DNA from: an uncultured Candidatus Saccharibacteria bacterium
Lineage (GTDB): Bacteria; Patescibacteriota; JACMRA01
Direction of reading: 5' to 3'
Assembly (NCBI GenBank): GCA_964434775.1
Contig: CAYSWH010000003.1
Span: 1,877 to 65,876 of the forward strand
DNA length: 64,000 nt
Shown here: positions 46,258 to 55,952 of the stretch, piece by piece
How positions within the stretch are numbered: the first letter of the stretch is position 1
How the letters are laid out: the number at the start of each line of letters is the position of its first letter
Position numbers and translations under genes: made by a program
Notes under the pieces: generated by a model
Seen by the model: only the letters and a program-made list of their open reading frames with translations
The model's database searches: none
What the model was told of the DNA's origin: nothing

Positions 46258-46923
46258 TTAGCAAATGATTAATTCAGAAAAGTTTTGGATACATTTATCT
46301 GCTCCTGATAAGAGATTTATATTATTATCTCCGGTTAGACCAATACAAAACATACCAGCTTTTTTAGCCGCAGAAATACCGTTTTTAGAATCTTCAAAGA
46401 CAATACATTCCTTTGGTAAAATTTTTATTCTAAATAAATCATTTATTCTTGATAATGATTCTAAAAATACCAGCGGAGAGGGCTTTCCTTCGGCTACTTC
46501 TTCGCTAGAGCAATAGACATCAATAAATGCCGCCAAATCGAGAGAAGCAATCACTTTTTTAATAAAATTTTTAGATGATCCCGAAGAAATTCCAATTTTA
46601 TATTTATTCTCTTTTAGTATTTTAAGTACATTTTTAGCACCTTCTATTTCAATTATTTCATTAGTATCAATGTCTTCTATGGAAAAAATAAATTCTCGTA
46701 TAAGATGATCATCAATTACAAAATCGACTTTGTAGTCATTCTGTATTTTAACAAAGAATTCCAAAGGGCTAATGCATTTATATTTACTATTAATTTGTTT
46801 TTTTGTTATTTCCAATTTAAATTTTGATTTCATAAACCTCTTGACTTTGGAGATTTTCTTATCTTCGGTGTTTGCTATAACTCCGTCAAGGTCAAATATA
46901 GCTGCTTTAAAATTACCGTACAT
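46258..46923 (-). CDS. HAD-superfamily hydrolase (beta-phosphoglucomutase/phosphatase-like)
   Basis: AAIFDLDGVIANTE, GISSGS, EGKPSPLVF, VFEDSKNGISAAKKAGM. Confidence 0.8.
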   Translation of the reverse strand: MYGNFKAAIFDLDGVIANTEDKKISKVKRFMKSKFKLEITKKQINSKYKCISPLEFFVKIQNDYKVDFVIDDHLIREFIFSIEDIDTNEIIEIEGAKNVLKILKENKYKIGISSGSSKNFIKKVIASLDLAAFIDVYCSSEEVAEGKPSPLVFLESLSRINDLFRIKILPKECIVFEDSKNGISAAKKAGMFCIGLTGDNNINLLSGADKCIQNFSELIIC

Positions 46924-46952
46924 AAAAGAATAAATACCAACTTTTTACTATT

Positions 46953-47820
46953 TTACCCAAACAAAACAATCGTAACAATTCCCAGCAAAACGATCAAAGC
47001 TCCGCTAAATTTGGAAACCAGCTCGCCTTCCCCGAAAAAAATCTTCCCAAAGAAGACGGAAAAGAGCATATTGGTTCTTTTGATTGCCAGGACGTAAGCT
47101 ACTTGCCCAAACATATTGGCAAATCCGTGAAAGGTAATAGCTCCAAAAAAGAAAAGTCCGGAGAGAAGATAAAGTTTACTATTGGTCCGAAAATTGTAGA
47201 TTAATAGGTTGAGTTTTCTTTTGATGAGGAGTTCTAGAAAAAAGAGGAAGCTCAAGCCCAATGAATGAAACCAAATATGAAAATACCAACTGGAATAGTC
47301 TTGAGAAAGCTTGAAGACCTGACTGCCGAGTGACCAAAGAAGAGAAACAATTATGGCGTAAATCAGACCTCTACTTTTGGTGATCTTTCTAAATGGATCT
47401 AGCCAATTTTTTTGACCTTTGCTTAGGTTCAGCACATACAAACCAAAGACCGCCAGCAAAATTCCGGCAAATCCGAAAATACTAGTTTCTTCTCCCAAAA
47501 TAAAGGGGCTGGTTATGGCTACAAAAATTGGAGATAGCGAAATAAAAGCACTAACCAGAGAAATTTCTTCAATCTTGAGAGCCCTGACCAGAAGTGTGAC
47601 TGCAAGGAAGTCTACCAAGATAAGTTGATACCAGCCAATAATTGTCGGCAATTTCAGGAAGTCCCCAAGCTACCACCAAAAGACAAGCAGGTAGAAAAGC
47701 AAAGAAAAAAGAGTAAAAATTTATAACAGCAAAATCAATCTCTTTTCCATTTGCCTGCTTTTTCGTTAAATCTACCAAGGAAGTCGAAAGAGCACTTAAT
47801 CCGGCCAGTAAGATCCACAT
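46953..47820 (-). CDS. EamA/DMT-family transporter; frame-disrupted as assembled
   Basis: 47569..47820 (MWILLAGLSALSTSLVDL...) and 46953..47651 (...IIGWYQLILVDFLAVTLLVRALKIEEISLVSAF...) join if the C4 run at 47663..47666 is shortened by 1 nt. About 9-10 TM helices. Confidence 0.6.
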
Positions 47821-48016
47821 TTGTAAATTTTAATCAAAAATACTACTTTCTGACAAATATTTTTAGAAAAATTCAAGTATTCTTTAATCTCTAACATTAA
47901 GCAGATTCTAAAGAATCAATTTTATCTATAAATTATAGAATAAAACTTTGAATCTCTAATCAACTTTAGCATGAAGGCTAGTCCAAGACGGCCTCATTAA
48001 GCTGAAGGATAAATAA

Positions 48017-48814
48017 TTAAGGTAGCTGCTTTTTCTTGGCAACAATAATCATCGAATCACTATGGTTGATCATTTTCTTGGTAGGGTAGGCTATTTTGGC
48101 TGATTGGGTTTCAAATCTTTCTTTGGAAAGTAGGTACTGGTTGTATTTTTTGATTAACTTTTTCTTTTTTGATCTAATAATCAAGTTGGTCCAAGGTTGT
48201 CCGTATATTTCAATAATCTGAAATCCGACTTTTTTTAACATGAGCTTAATTTTTTGAAGGGTAAAGAAATGAAGGTGGAAGGGATTGGCCGGTTTGCCGT
48301 CTTTGATCTTCTCGTATTTGGCATTAGGCACTGAAAGGATTAAGTACCTTTCTTTAGGGTTTGCTGTATCTTCCATCAAAATCTCGGCAAATTGGGATAG
48401 TAAGTTTTGTGGGGATTGTACGTGTTCCAGGGTCTCCAGACAGACGATTGCTTGGGGTCTGAGAGGTCTTTTAGATTTTAATTTTGCTAATTCGCTTATT
48501 TTTTGACTATTCAAGTCGATTTGAAGAAAATAGTTTTTGATTTCTCGGTATTGATTTCTGGCATGATCTAAATAATCTTGGTTTCGGTCAAGTCCAAGAG
48601 TTTCTAAACCCCTTTCATGCAAAAGTTTAGTGCCGTAACCACTCCCGCAGGTTACATCCCATACTTGTTTTATACCGGACTTTTTCAGAAAATCAGCAGC
48701 AAATTGATAACGTTGCCAGTGCTCGGCCTTAACCAAAAAGTTTTTGTAGACTCCATCAAAAGGGTCAATAATTTCTTGGGTGGTAAATATGGGTTTATTA
48801 CACTTCTTTTTCAT
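48017..48814 (-). CDS. Class I SAM-dependent methyltransferase
   Basis: Motif I VWDVTCGSGYGTKLL and post-I LGLDRN. Confidence 0.72.
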   Translation of the reverse strand: MKKKCNKPIFTTQEIIDPFDGVYKNFLVKAEHWQRYQFAADFLKKSGIKQVWDVTCGSGYGTKLLHERGLETLGLDRNQDYLDHARNQYREIKNYFLQIDLNSQKISELAKLKSKRPLRPQAIVCLETLEHVQSPQNLLSQFAEILMEDTANPKERYLILSVPNAKYEKIKDGKPANPFHLHFFTLQKIKLMLKKVGFQIIEIYGQPWTNLIIRSKKKKLIKKYNQYLLSKERFETQSAKIAYPTKKMINHSDSMIIVAKKKQLP

Positions 48815-49073
48815 ATTTGTTGATACTGAGTTGGAAAATCATTTTGATATTTTTGGCACAAATAGTAGTTTGGCATGATAAATAGTTCTTTTTCAACCTT
48901 GAATAATTAATAAGCTTGAGTATTTTAATGTGCCTTACAACTAAAATAAATAACAAAAAATACATTTATTTACAATTAAAAGCTAATTTTTATTGGACAA
49001 AAATATACTTATTCCTTTAATTGGCCATTAAACAGTTATTTACATAACTAATTATAATTAATAAAATCTAAGT

Positions 49074-49424
49074 ATGTGCCTAAATTCCGCCTATATCTGC
49101 GTCAAAGACATGCGACGCGCTATTCAGTTTTACAAGAATTTTTTGGATCAGGAAATAACCAAAGAAGATGAGGTTTTTAGCATGTTCAATTTTCACGGAT
49201 TTAGGTTATACTTGTTTAATTATTCAGCTAAAGAAAGAGAAACTAGATATGGAAATAATAGTTTATTGAGCTTTGAAGTAAATGATTTAGAAGAGACGAA
49301 AGAAAGGGTGGAAAATTTGGGAGCAAAAATAATTTATCCGATAACAAGAATCAGAAACAGTAAGGTCTTTGAGTTTGAAGATAGCGAGGGTAACAATGTA
49401 GAAGTGTATCAGAGAATTAAGTAA
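49074..49424 (+). CDS. VOC/glyoxalase-family small protein
   Basis: The beta-alpha-beta-beta-beta pattern runs YICVKDMRRAIQFYKNFL...FEVNDLEETKERVENLGAKII...FEFEDSEGNNVEVY. Confidence 0.62.
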   Translation: MCLNSAYICVKDMRRAIQFYKNFLDQEITKEDEVFSMFNFHGFRLYLFNYSAKERETRYGNNSLLSFEVNDLEETKERVENLGAKIIYPITRIRNSKVFEFEDSEGNNVEVYQRIK

Positions 49425-49442
49425 CCTCTAGAGTTTTATCCC

Positions 49443-49991
49443 TCAAATAAAAAATTCCAGAATATGTTTAACTAGAGAAAAACCCAAATAGGCTCCAAAG
49501 GAAATAGGCAGAAGCATTAAAGTAAGCATGACCAAACCTACAAAAACATCGGTTACGGCACGAATTAGATTTCTTATAGGGGTGTTCTTGCCAAAAGACT
49601 TGTCGAGTATTAGATCAATCCTATCTTCTAATTCTTCTAAAGCAAAAAGAAACTTGCTAAGAGGGTCGTTAACATATCTGTCGCGAGCATATTTAACCCC
49701 TCTTTTAGTAAATCTAAAGTAATCAAATTCCTTGTCTTTTGGTTTGGGTTCTATGAGATCTTGATCAACCAAATATTGATAGGCTTGGACATTTCTCTCT
49801 TCTTCTCTTCCGAATTTATTTAGCTCTTTTTTTGTTAAATTTTTAAAAATATGTTTCCTACGAAGAAATTTGTATTGCAGTGAATCAATCCCACCTCTGT
49901 TTTCATATTCCTTCCTTAACAAAAAATCAGCATAACCCTTTATTTTCATACTATTTTTCCTAAATTTTGAAAAAAAATAGCTCAAAATCAA
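49443..49991 (-). CDS. Hypothetical protein with a C-terminal TM segment
   Basis: 182-aa ORF with basic N-terminal two-thirds and a TM (VFVGLVMLTLMLLPISFGAYLGF). Confidence 0.5.
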   Translation of the reverse strand: MILSYFFSKFRKNSMKIKGYADFLLRKEYENRGGIDSLQYKFLRRKHIFKNLTKKELNKFGREEERNVQAYQYLVDQDLIEPKPKDKEFDYFRFTKRGVKYARDRYVNDPLSKFLFALEELEDRIDLILDKSFGKNTPIRNLIRAVTDVFVGLVMLTLMLLPISFGAYLGFSLVKHILEFFI

Positions 49992-50059
49992 TGCTTTGTC
50001 AATTTCATCTTTAGACTATATCTTGACAAGTTGAGATTAGAAAAATAGTGCTTCCTAAT

Positions 50060-50755
50060 ATGGCTTATTACACAATTCCCGACTTAGTAAAAAATACTGC
50101 TCAAGAAGATAAAAACATGGGCGTTTTTGAATTAGAAAAAGGTGACCGTTTTTTAGAAATAAATCTTCAGGGTAAAATCTGGACGACTATGGGAGCTATG
50201 GTTGCATATAGAGGGGATATTAAATTTACCAGAGAAGGTATGCTGGAGCATGGGTTAGGTAAATTTCTTAAACAGGCTTTTACCGGTGAAGGGATGACGC
50301 TTACTAAGGCTGAAGGAGGTGGAAAACTATACCTCTCTCAGTTTGGTAAAAAAATAACCGTTATTCAACTTAATGGTGAGAGTATTTGTGTAAATGGTAA
50401 TGATATTTTGGCTTTCGAAGATAGTGTTCAGTGGGATGTTAAAATGATAAGGAAGATAGGCGGTTTAGCTGCCGGAGGTCTCTTTAATGTTACTCTATCA
50501 GGACATGGAATGATAGCAATAACAACTCATTTTGAGCCCATAACCTTACAAGTTACATCTGATAGTCCGGTGATGACTGACCCTAATGCTACTGTGGCCT
50601 GGTCTCAAAACTTATCCCCGGATTTTAAAACTGATATTAGCTTTAAGACCTTTTTGGGAAGAAGTAGCGGAGAATCGTTTCAGATGAAATTTTCAGGCGA
50701 GGGTTTTGTGGTGGTACAACCATATGAGGAAGTGTACATGGCCCCTAATTCATAG
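50060..50755 (+). CDS. AIM24 (DUF124) family protein
   Basis: GAMVAYRGDIKFTREG, LTKAEGGGKLYLS, ILAFEDSVQWDV and GLFNVTLSGHGMIAI are typical AIM24 strands. The start was moved to the ATG at 50060. Confidence 0.7.
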   Translation: MAYYTIPDLVKNTAQEDKNMGVFELEKGDRFLEINLQGKIWTTMGAMVAYRGDIKFTREGMLEHGLGKFLKQAFTGEGMTLTKAEGGGKLYLSQFGKKITVIQLNGESICVNGNDILAFEDSVQWDVKMIRKIGGLAAGGLFNVTLSGHGMIAITTHFEPITLQVTSDSPVMTDPNATVAWSQNLSPDFKTDISFKTFLGRSSGESFQMKFSGEGFVVVQPYEEVYMAPNS

Positions 50756-50903
50756 AATTCTTAATTTCTTCTCTTCTAACTTATTGCTCAAGTTAAGTGG
50801 TCTACTTTTTGATATTCTTGACTGCCATTCTTTACAAAAAATACATAAAATAATTCCGGAACAATCCCAAGGCCGTTTTTTTAATAAAATTTGTTCCTTA
50901 TTA

Positions 50904-51886
50904 TCAAGGTAAATTAAAATATTCTTTTAGTTTGGAAGTGCTTTTTTTACCAATCAATTCATGGAATATCTCTTCATTTTCATGTAATTGCAAAAGCATA
51001 TTTTTTACTGATCCGAAATAACTCAGGAGTGATTCTTTAGTTTTGGGTCCGATTCCTTTAATCGAATCTAGCTCACTTCGAGAAACTTCTTTTAATCTAG
51101 CTTTTCTATTGTTGGAAATTGCAAATCGATGGGCTTCATCTCTAATTCTTTGAATTAAGAACTTAGTCTGTCCCTCCAGTATAATTCCTCCTTCCTGCCC
51201 TCTCTCAGAGCTATTTGGATAATAATCTGAAGGAACAAAGACTTCTTCCTCTCTTTTAGCTAGGCTACAAATCTCTATATTCGGAGAAAAACCCTTCCTT
51301 TCAAACTCCTCTTGGAAGAGATAGAGGACTTCTTGATCATATTTTAATTGTCCTTTGCCACCGTCAACAATAATTAAGTCCGGCAAGCTCCAAGGGTTTT
51401 TTTTGGAGTTTCTTTGCTATCTTCTTCCCATTTAAGGAATCTTCTTAATCTTCTTTCCAGGACTTCTTTGTGGTTAGCAAAATCGTCATTTCTTTTTGTA
51501 GTTTTGAACAAACGATAAAATTTTTTAGCAGGTTTCCCGTCAAGGAAGGTAACCATAGATCCGTAAACATACTTCCCGGACAAGTGAGAAATGTCGTAGC
51601 ACTCAATTTTTCTGGGTATTTTCTTTAACCCGAGTTTGGATTGAAGCTCTAAAAGACAGTTATAAAGGTTGTTTTCGTCAAATATACTTAATCTTTGCCC
51701 CAATCGATTTCTTTGAAGGTAAGCGTTTGCATTATATTTTCCCTGAATCAACAACTTGTCCAGTTCTGTATGATTATCCTGAAAAATATTACGTAAGTAA
51801 ACTTTGTTTTGGCAAAGATTTTCAAGTATCTCTTTTTCCTCCTTGGTAAGTAAAATTTTTTTAAAAAAGTCATCATTCATATGCAT
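50904..51886 (-). CDS. uvrC: UvrC C-terminal-half homologue (endonuclease domain plus HhH2), no GIY-YIG domain; frame-disrupted in an A8 run
   Basis: KIECYDISHLSGKYVYGSMVTFLDGKPAKKFYRLF...DDFANHKEVLERR in one frame. (NPWS)LPDLIIVDGGKGQL...IRDEAHRFAI...LDSIKGIGPKTKESLL in the next. The junction is at T8/A8, 51397..51404. Confidence 0.75.
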
Positions 51887-52024
51887 CTGAAATTTTTAAG
51901 AAAAAGTAAAACTAGTCAAAAAATTATTTATGTAATACAATAAGTTTAGGCTTATTTAATGCTTATAAAAGAGAAATAAATAATACCGGCAATCACCTTA
52001 AAAAATACTTAGAATCCGAATAAA

Positions 52025-54010
52025 ATGAATATGGTCCAACCTCAGAATTCTTTTCCCGACGGTTTTCCTCAGGATCCGCAAGCAGCCATTAATTTTTCAT
52101 ACTTTTTAACTGACGACGAAAAGAAAGAATGGAGAGAATGGCTGGGCGGTGCCACAGAAGAGCAAAAGAAAGAGTTTGTAGAGACGCTTCATGCAATGTG
52201 GATGGAAAATCAAAAAGAAGCAATTCCTTCAGGCTTTAATAATAGTCAAGAAGTTTCTATTCCCGGCGGCGGCGATTTTGGGAATCCGGCCGGCAACCCT
52301 GCAGAAAATTATGGAGCCTCCTCTCAATCCGGGCAGCAATCCTCGGTTATTAACCCGAACCCCTCTAACCAAGGTCAAGGACAGACCTCTTCAGGCCCTC
52401 AAATACCGGAGTACGGTAGTTCTTACGGCCCTTCTTCTGCAGGTAATGGTTTTTCAAATGCAACCGGCAACTCCAACTCTTTTTCCGGACAGAATTATCA
52501 ACAGCCTCCTTTTAAAACAAAACCAGGAGATCAGGGGTTTCCAGGTGCACAGCAGGGTTTGCAGTCACCTTCTCCTAATCAGAATCCACAACCCACCTTT
52601 CCTCAAAATCAAGTAAACCCTAAAAGCCCAAATTTTTCAGGGCAAAATAATTCAGCAAATTACTCCGGCAGTCAGAATCAATCTCAACCGCCTCAAGATG
52701 CTAATAAGCAACCTCAATCCTCTTCAGGAAGCACTCCTCAAGCCCCTCAAATGAATATGTCTTCTCCTTCGACAGGTTCATTGCCTAATGATCATCAGAT
52801 TTCTCAAGAAAAAAATAATACCTCTGATAATCGTAGCTCTGAAGATAACATCAAGTTGTTTGGAGAGGCTAAATACACCCCGAATCCGATTTTAGACGGG
52901 AATCAATCTAAATCATCAAATCAAGATAAGTTCGGTAATAATAATTCCGGGTCAAGCCAGAATCCCTTTGACCAAGTAAGGAATCAAACCGGTGACTCCC
53001 AGGGACAAAACAAGCAGTCAAATAATCAACGCGATTCCAATAACTCTCAAAACTCCAAAAAAACAAGCCCTAACCAAGGGAATCAAAATAAAACAGGACA
53101 AGCTAACACTCAAAAACCAAGTAAGAATGATAAGAATGATAATTCCGCCAGCCATCCAAAATCATCTCTAAGGAAAGTAAGAGAGGTTGATACCAGAAAA
53201 GCTTTGGAAGACATTTATCAACAATACCTGGATAGTCGAGACAGAACTTTTACTACTGAAAGAGAGTATCTTGAAAATCACAGTATTTTTTTGGATAAAG
53301 TGATGCGTATAGTTATCAATTTTGAGGATGTAATAGATTATTTTGATACTCTTCAAGAAAAGCTTTTGGAAATGAATGACAAGCTCGTAAACCAAGCCAA
53401 AAAAGCCAAAAAGACTGAAGACGAAATTGATTCCCGACTAAACGATTTACAGTTTCAAATTAATGAAATCAAGAGTCAGGTAGAAGGCACCGGTCGCGAG
53501 GTAAGGAGAACTAAGAATGATTTAAATCAAAAATATCGAGAAGCCTCTGATCAGATCGTTTCTTTTGGAGCGGACAGTTTTAAAGATGACGGTTTGCTGT
53601 ATAAGATGGACACCGTAATCAGTAGGTTGGAAAAGTTGGAAAATGAGGTGCAAAGAGAAAGGGGGTCTGAACGTCTATCAATTAGAGAAAGGCTTAGAAA
53701 AATGGGTAACAAAGTTCCTCCTAAGCCAAGTGCGGCAATTAGTGAAGAAACTGAACCCCAAAGTTTTAAGTCTAATAGAAGAAAGGACAACAAATCCTAT
53801 CAAAGAGAAAACCAAAGCAATAGATCAAACAATGGAAACAATAATGCAAATAGCAATCCGTTTAATAGTAACAATAACCAAAACTTTGAATCCGAACAGG
53901 TTCCGTCTCCTAATGTTCCGAGTTCATCCAACGATCAGTCTTATTCAGAAAATGCACAGCAAGATGGGTCTAATAAAGCCGGAACTATTGATCTTCGCGG
54001 GATAATATAG
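52025..54010 (+). CDS. Q/N/S/P/G-rich low-complexity protein with a central coiled-coil region
   Basis: 661-aa ORF. Residues ~70-380 and ~590-650 are strongly Gln/Asn/Ser/Pro-biased. Residues ~390-560 are heptad-like (LEMNDKLVNQAKKAKKTEDEIDSRLNDLQFQINEIKSQ). Confidence 0.6.
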   Translation: MNMVQPQNSFPDGFPQDPQAAINFSYFLTDDEKKEWREWLGGATEEQKKEFVETLHAMWMENQKEAIPSGFNNSQEVSIPGGGDFGNPAGNPAENYGASSQSGQQSSVINPNPSNQGQGQTSSGPQIPEYGSSYGPSSAGNGFSNATGNSNSFSGQNYQQPPFKTKPGDQGFPGAQQGLQSPSPNQNPQPTFPQNQVNPKSPNFSGQNNSANYSGSQNQSQPPQDANKQPQSSSGSTPQAPQMNMSSPSTGSLPNDHQISQEKNNTSDNRSSEDNIKLFGEAKYTPNPILDGNQSKSSNQDKFGNNNSGSSQNPFDQVRNQTGDSQGQNKQSNNQRDSNNSQNSKKTSPNQGNQNKTGQANTQKPSKNDKNDNSASHPKSSLRKVREVDTRKALEDIYQQYLDSRDRTFTTEREYLENHSIFLDKVMRIVINFEDVIDYFDTLQEKLLEMNDKLVNQAKKAKKTEDEIDSRLNDLQFQINEIKSQVEGTGREVRRTKNDLNQKYREASDQIVSFGADSFKDDGLLYKMDTVISRLEKLENEVQRERGSERLSIRERLRKMGNKVPPKPSAAISEETEPQSFKSNRRKDNKSYQRENQSNRSNNGNNNANSNPFNSNNNQNFESEQVPSPNVPSSSNDQSYSENAQQDGSNKAGTIDLRGII

Positions 54011-54140
54011 TAAATAAATTACCCTTTTTACCCTAAAAAGCTGTCGGCTGCTTAATTTAAATCAAAAACCCTTTTTATATTAGGTCTTATATTAATAAGC
54101 ATTTATTCCTCGGAAACACAGTTTACAAAAAATTGAAAAA

Positions 54141-55304
54141 TTGCCAACTATTTGGAGTATGCTTTCACAAAAAAAATTTGCTCTACTCCATGCTTTTTTC
54201 AAGGCAGATTGTAAAGGGGGCGGTGAAAAAACCAGCTTATTAATCAGAAATCATTACCGGGCTGATCTATTCACCGGTTTTGTTGGCCGAGAAACTTGGA
54301 GACCGGAAAGTCCTGATCCTTTTTCTCGAATGCTGTACGATAAAAAATACCGTTTAACTGTTTTTCATGAAGAAAGTAAAATTCCCTATTGGCGAAAAGT
54401 GAAGAGGCAGTTGGCCTTCTTTTTTAATGGTCATAAATTAAATGGTTATGATGTGGTTGTCTTCGGAGGTAATATCGGTTTAGCCGCGGGCAGGATTACA
54501 GACAAAAAAACCAAAAAAGTACTTTATTGCTATACCCCTCCCAGGCCTTTTACTGATCAACTGGAAACCAGGCTACAAGAGATGGCTTTTTGGCAAAGAC
54601 CATTTATGAAATTATTTGCCGGTTGGGTGAAGTATCAGTATAAAAAGGATGCTTTAAGAATGGATCTGATTATTGCCGATAGTAAAAATGTGCAAAAAAG
54701 ACTCAAAAAATTCTTCAATATCGAGTCCAAAGTAATATATCCTCCGGTAGAAACTGGTAAGTTTACCTGGCTAGGACAAGAAGACTACTTTTTATCATAT
54801 GCAAGGTTGGAACCCTTAAAGAGAATCCCGTTATTGTTGGATGCTTTTGAAAAAATGCCTGAAAAAAAACTGGTTATCTGTTCCAGCGGTCCTCTGAAGG
54901 GTTGGCTTGAGAAAGAAATTAAAGAAAGGGGGTTGGATAATGTGGTTTACGAAGGGTTAGTTAGCGACGAAAGATTGAAAGAGTTGGTAGGGAAGTGTTT
55001 AGCCGGAATTTATATACCTGTAGACGAGGATGCAGGGATTATTCAATGCGAGTTGATGGCCGCCGGAAAACCGGTTATCGGAGTGGACGAAGGCGGGTTA
55101 AAAGAAACGGTAGTACACGAAGAAACCGGTTTGCTAATTAAGAAAGACCCTTTGGCGAATGATTTGATTCAGGCGATATACGAGCTAACACCCGAAAAAG
55201 CTTTATCTATGAAAAGAAATTGTGTAAAAAAAGCTAAGCAATACGACATCAACTCTTTCTTCGAACAAATGGATAGCCAAATAGAAGGGCTTTACAAGGG
55301 CTAA
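54141..55304 (+). CDS. Glycosyltransferase family 4 (GT-B, retaining type); start uncertain (54141 TTG or 54159 ATG)
   Basis: C-terminal EDAGIIQCELMAAGKPVIGVDEGGLKETVVHEETGLL (EX7E motif region). Confidence 0.75.
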   Translation: MPTIWSMLSQKKFALLHAFFKADCKGGGEKTSLLIRNHYRADLFTGFVGRETWRPESPDPFSRMLYDKKYRLTVFHEESKIPYWRKVKRQLAFFFNGHKLNGYDVVVFGGNIGLAAGRITDKKTKKVLYCYTPPRPFTDQLETRLQEMAFWQRPFMKLFAGWVKYQYKKDALRMDLIIADSKNVQKRLKKFFNIESKVIYPPVETGKFTWLGQEDYFLSYARLEPLKRIPLLLDAFEKMPEKKLVICSSGPLKGWLEKEIKERGLDNVVYEGLVSDERLKELVGKCLAGIYIPVDEDAGIIQCELMAAGKPVIGVDEGGLKETVVHEETGLLIKKDPLANDLIQAIYELTPEKALSMKRNCVKKAKQYDINSFFEQMDSQIEGLYKG

Positions 55305-55318
55305 AACGGATTAAAAAG

Positions 55319-55337
55319 AACCACCTTAAAGGTGGTT
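55319..55337. terminator. Hairpin between convergent genes (possible bidirectional terminator)
   Basis: aaccacc-ttaaa-ggtggtt, a perfect 7-bp stem flanked by A-rich and T-rich sequence. Confidence 0.5.
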
Positions 55338-55379
55338 GTTACAAATGCTTAATTATAATAAGCAAGTAAAGCAATTCGG

Positions 55380-55742
55380 CTAGTACTTATTGTCCTCTTT
55401 GTTCTCGCTGTCTTTAACAAGCTCAATATCTTCTTCCTTAATCGGCTTTTTCTTTTTCATTCTTTCGAACTCCTTAGAAACAGTGTCAATAGCCTTTCTT
55501 ACTTCTTCAGTAGTTTGATTTACAAAAGGAACACCTTTTTTCTGGTAAAGGTCTTCGGTTTTTTTGGAAGCGTCAGCAAAGCCTTTTTTTACAGCTTCCC
55601 TGTTTTCTTTACCGCTAGCAGGGCTAAAGAATATAGCTACTACACCTCCAATTACGGAAGAGATAAGCGCTGCTGCAAAAATTTTCTTCTTTTCCTCCTC
55701 CTTTCGCTTTTTTTGGTTTAATATATCAAATAACATACACAT
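55380..55742 (-). CDS. YtxH-domain protein
   Basis: N-terminal TM, then SGKENREAVKKGFADASKKTEDLYQK, a YtxH-like helical pattern. Confidence 0.6.
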   Translation of the reverse strand: MCMLFDILNQKKRKEEEKKKIFAAALISSVIGGVVAIFFSPASGKENREAVKKGFADASKKTEDLYQKKGVPFVNQTTEEVRKAIDTVSKEFERMKKKKPIKEEDIELVKDSENKEDNKY

Positions 55743-55952
55743 AAATTGTATTATAAAATAAATTTCAATTATTCAATTATAATCCACATTTCTGCTTTTG
55801 TCAAAAAAAAACTTGAATTGATCAAACTACTCTTTAGCGTTGACTGAAAGGTAATAATTCGTTATTTTTGAAATACGTATTCAGTGAATTAAAACTTATT
55901 CAAAGCAGAATTTTGAATCCTTTAAAAAATCGCATAAGAAGAAAATTATTTC

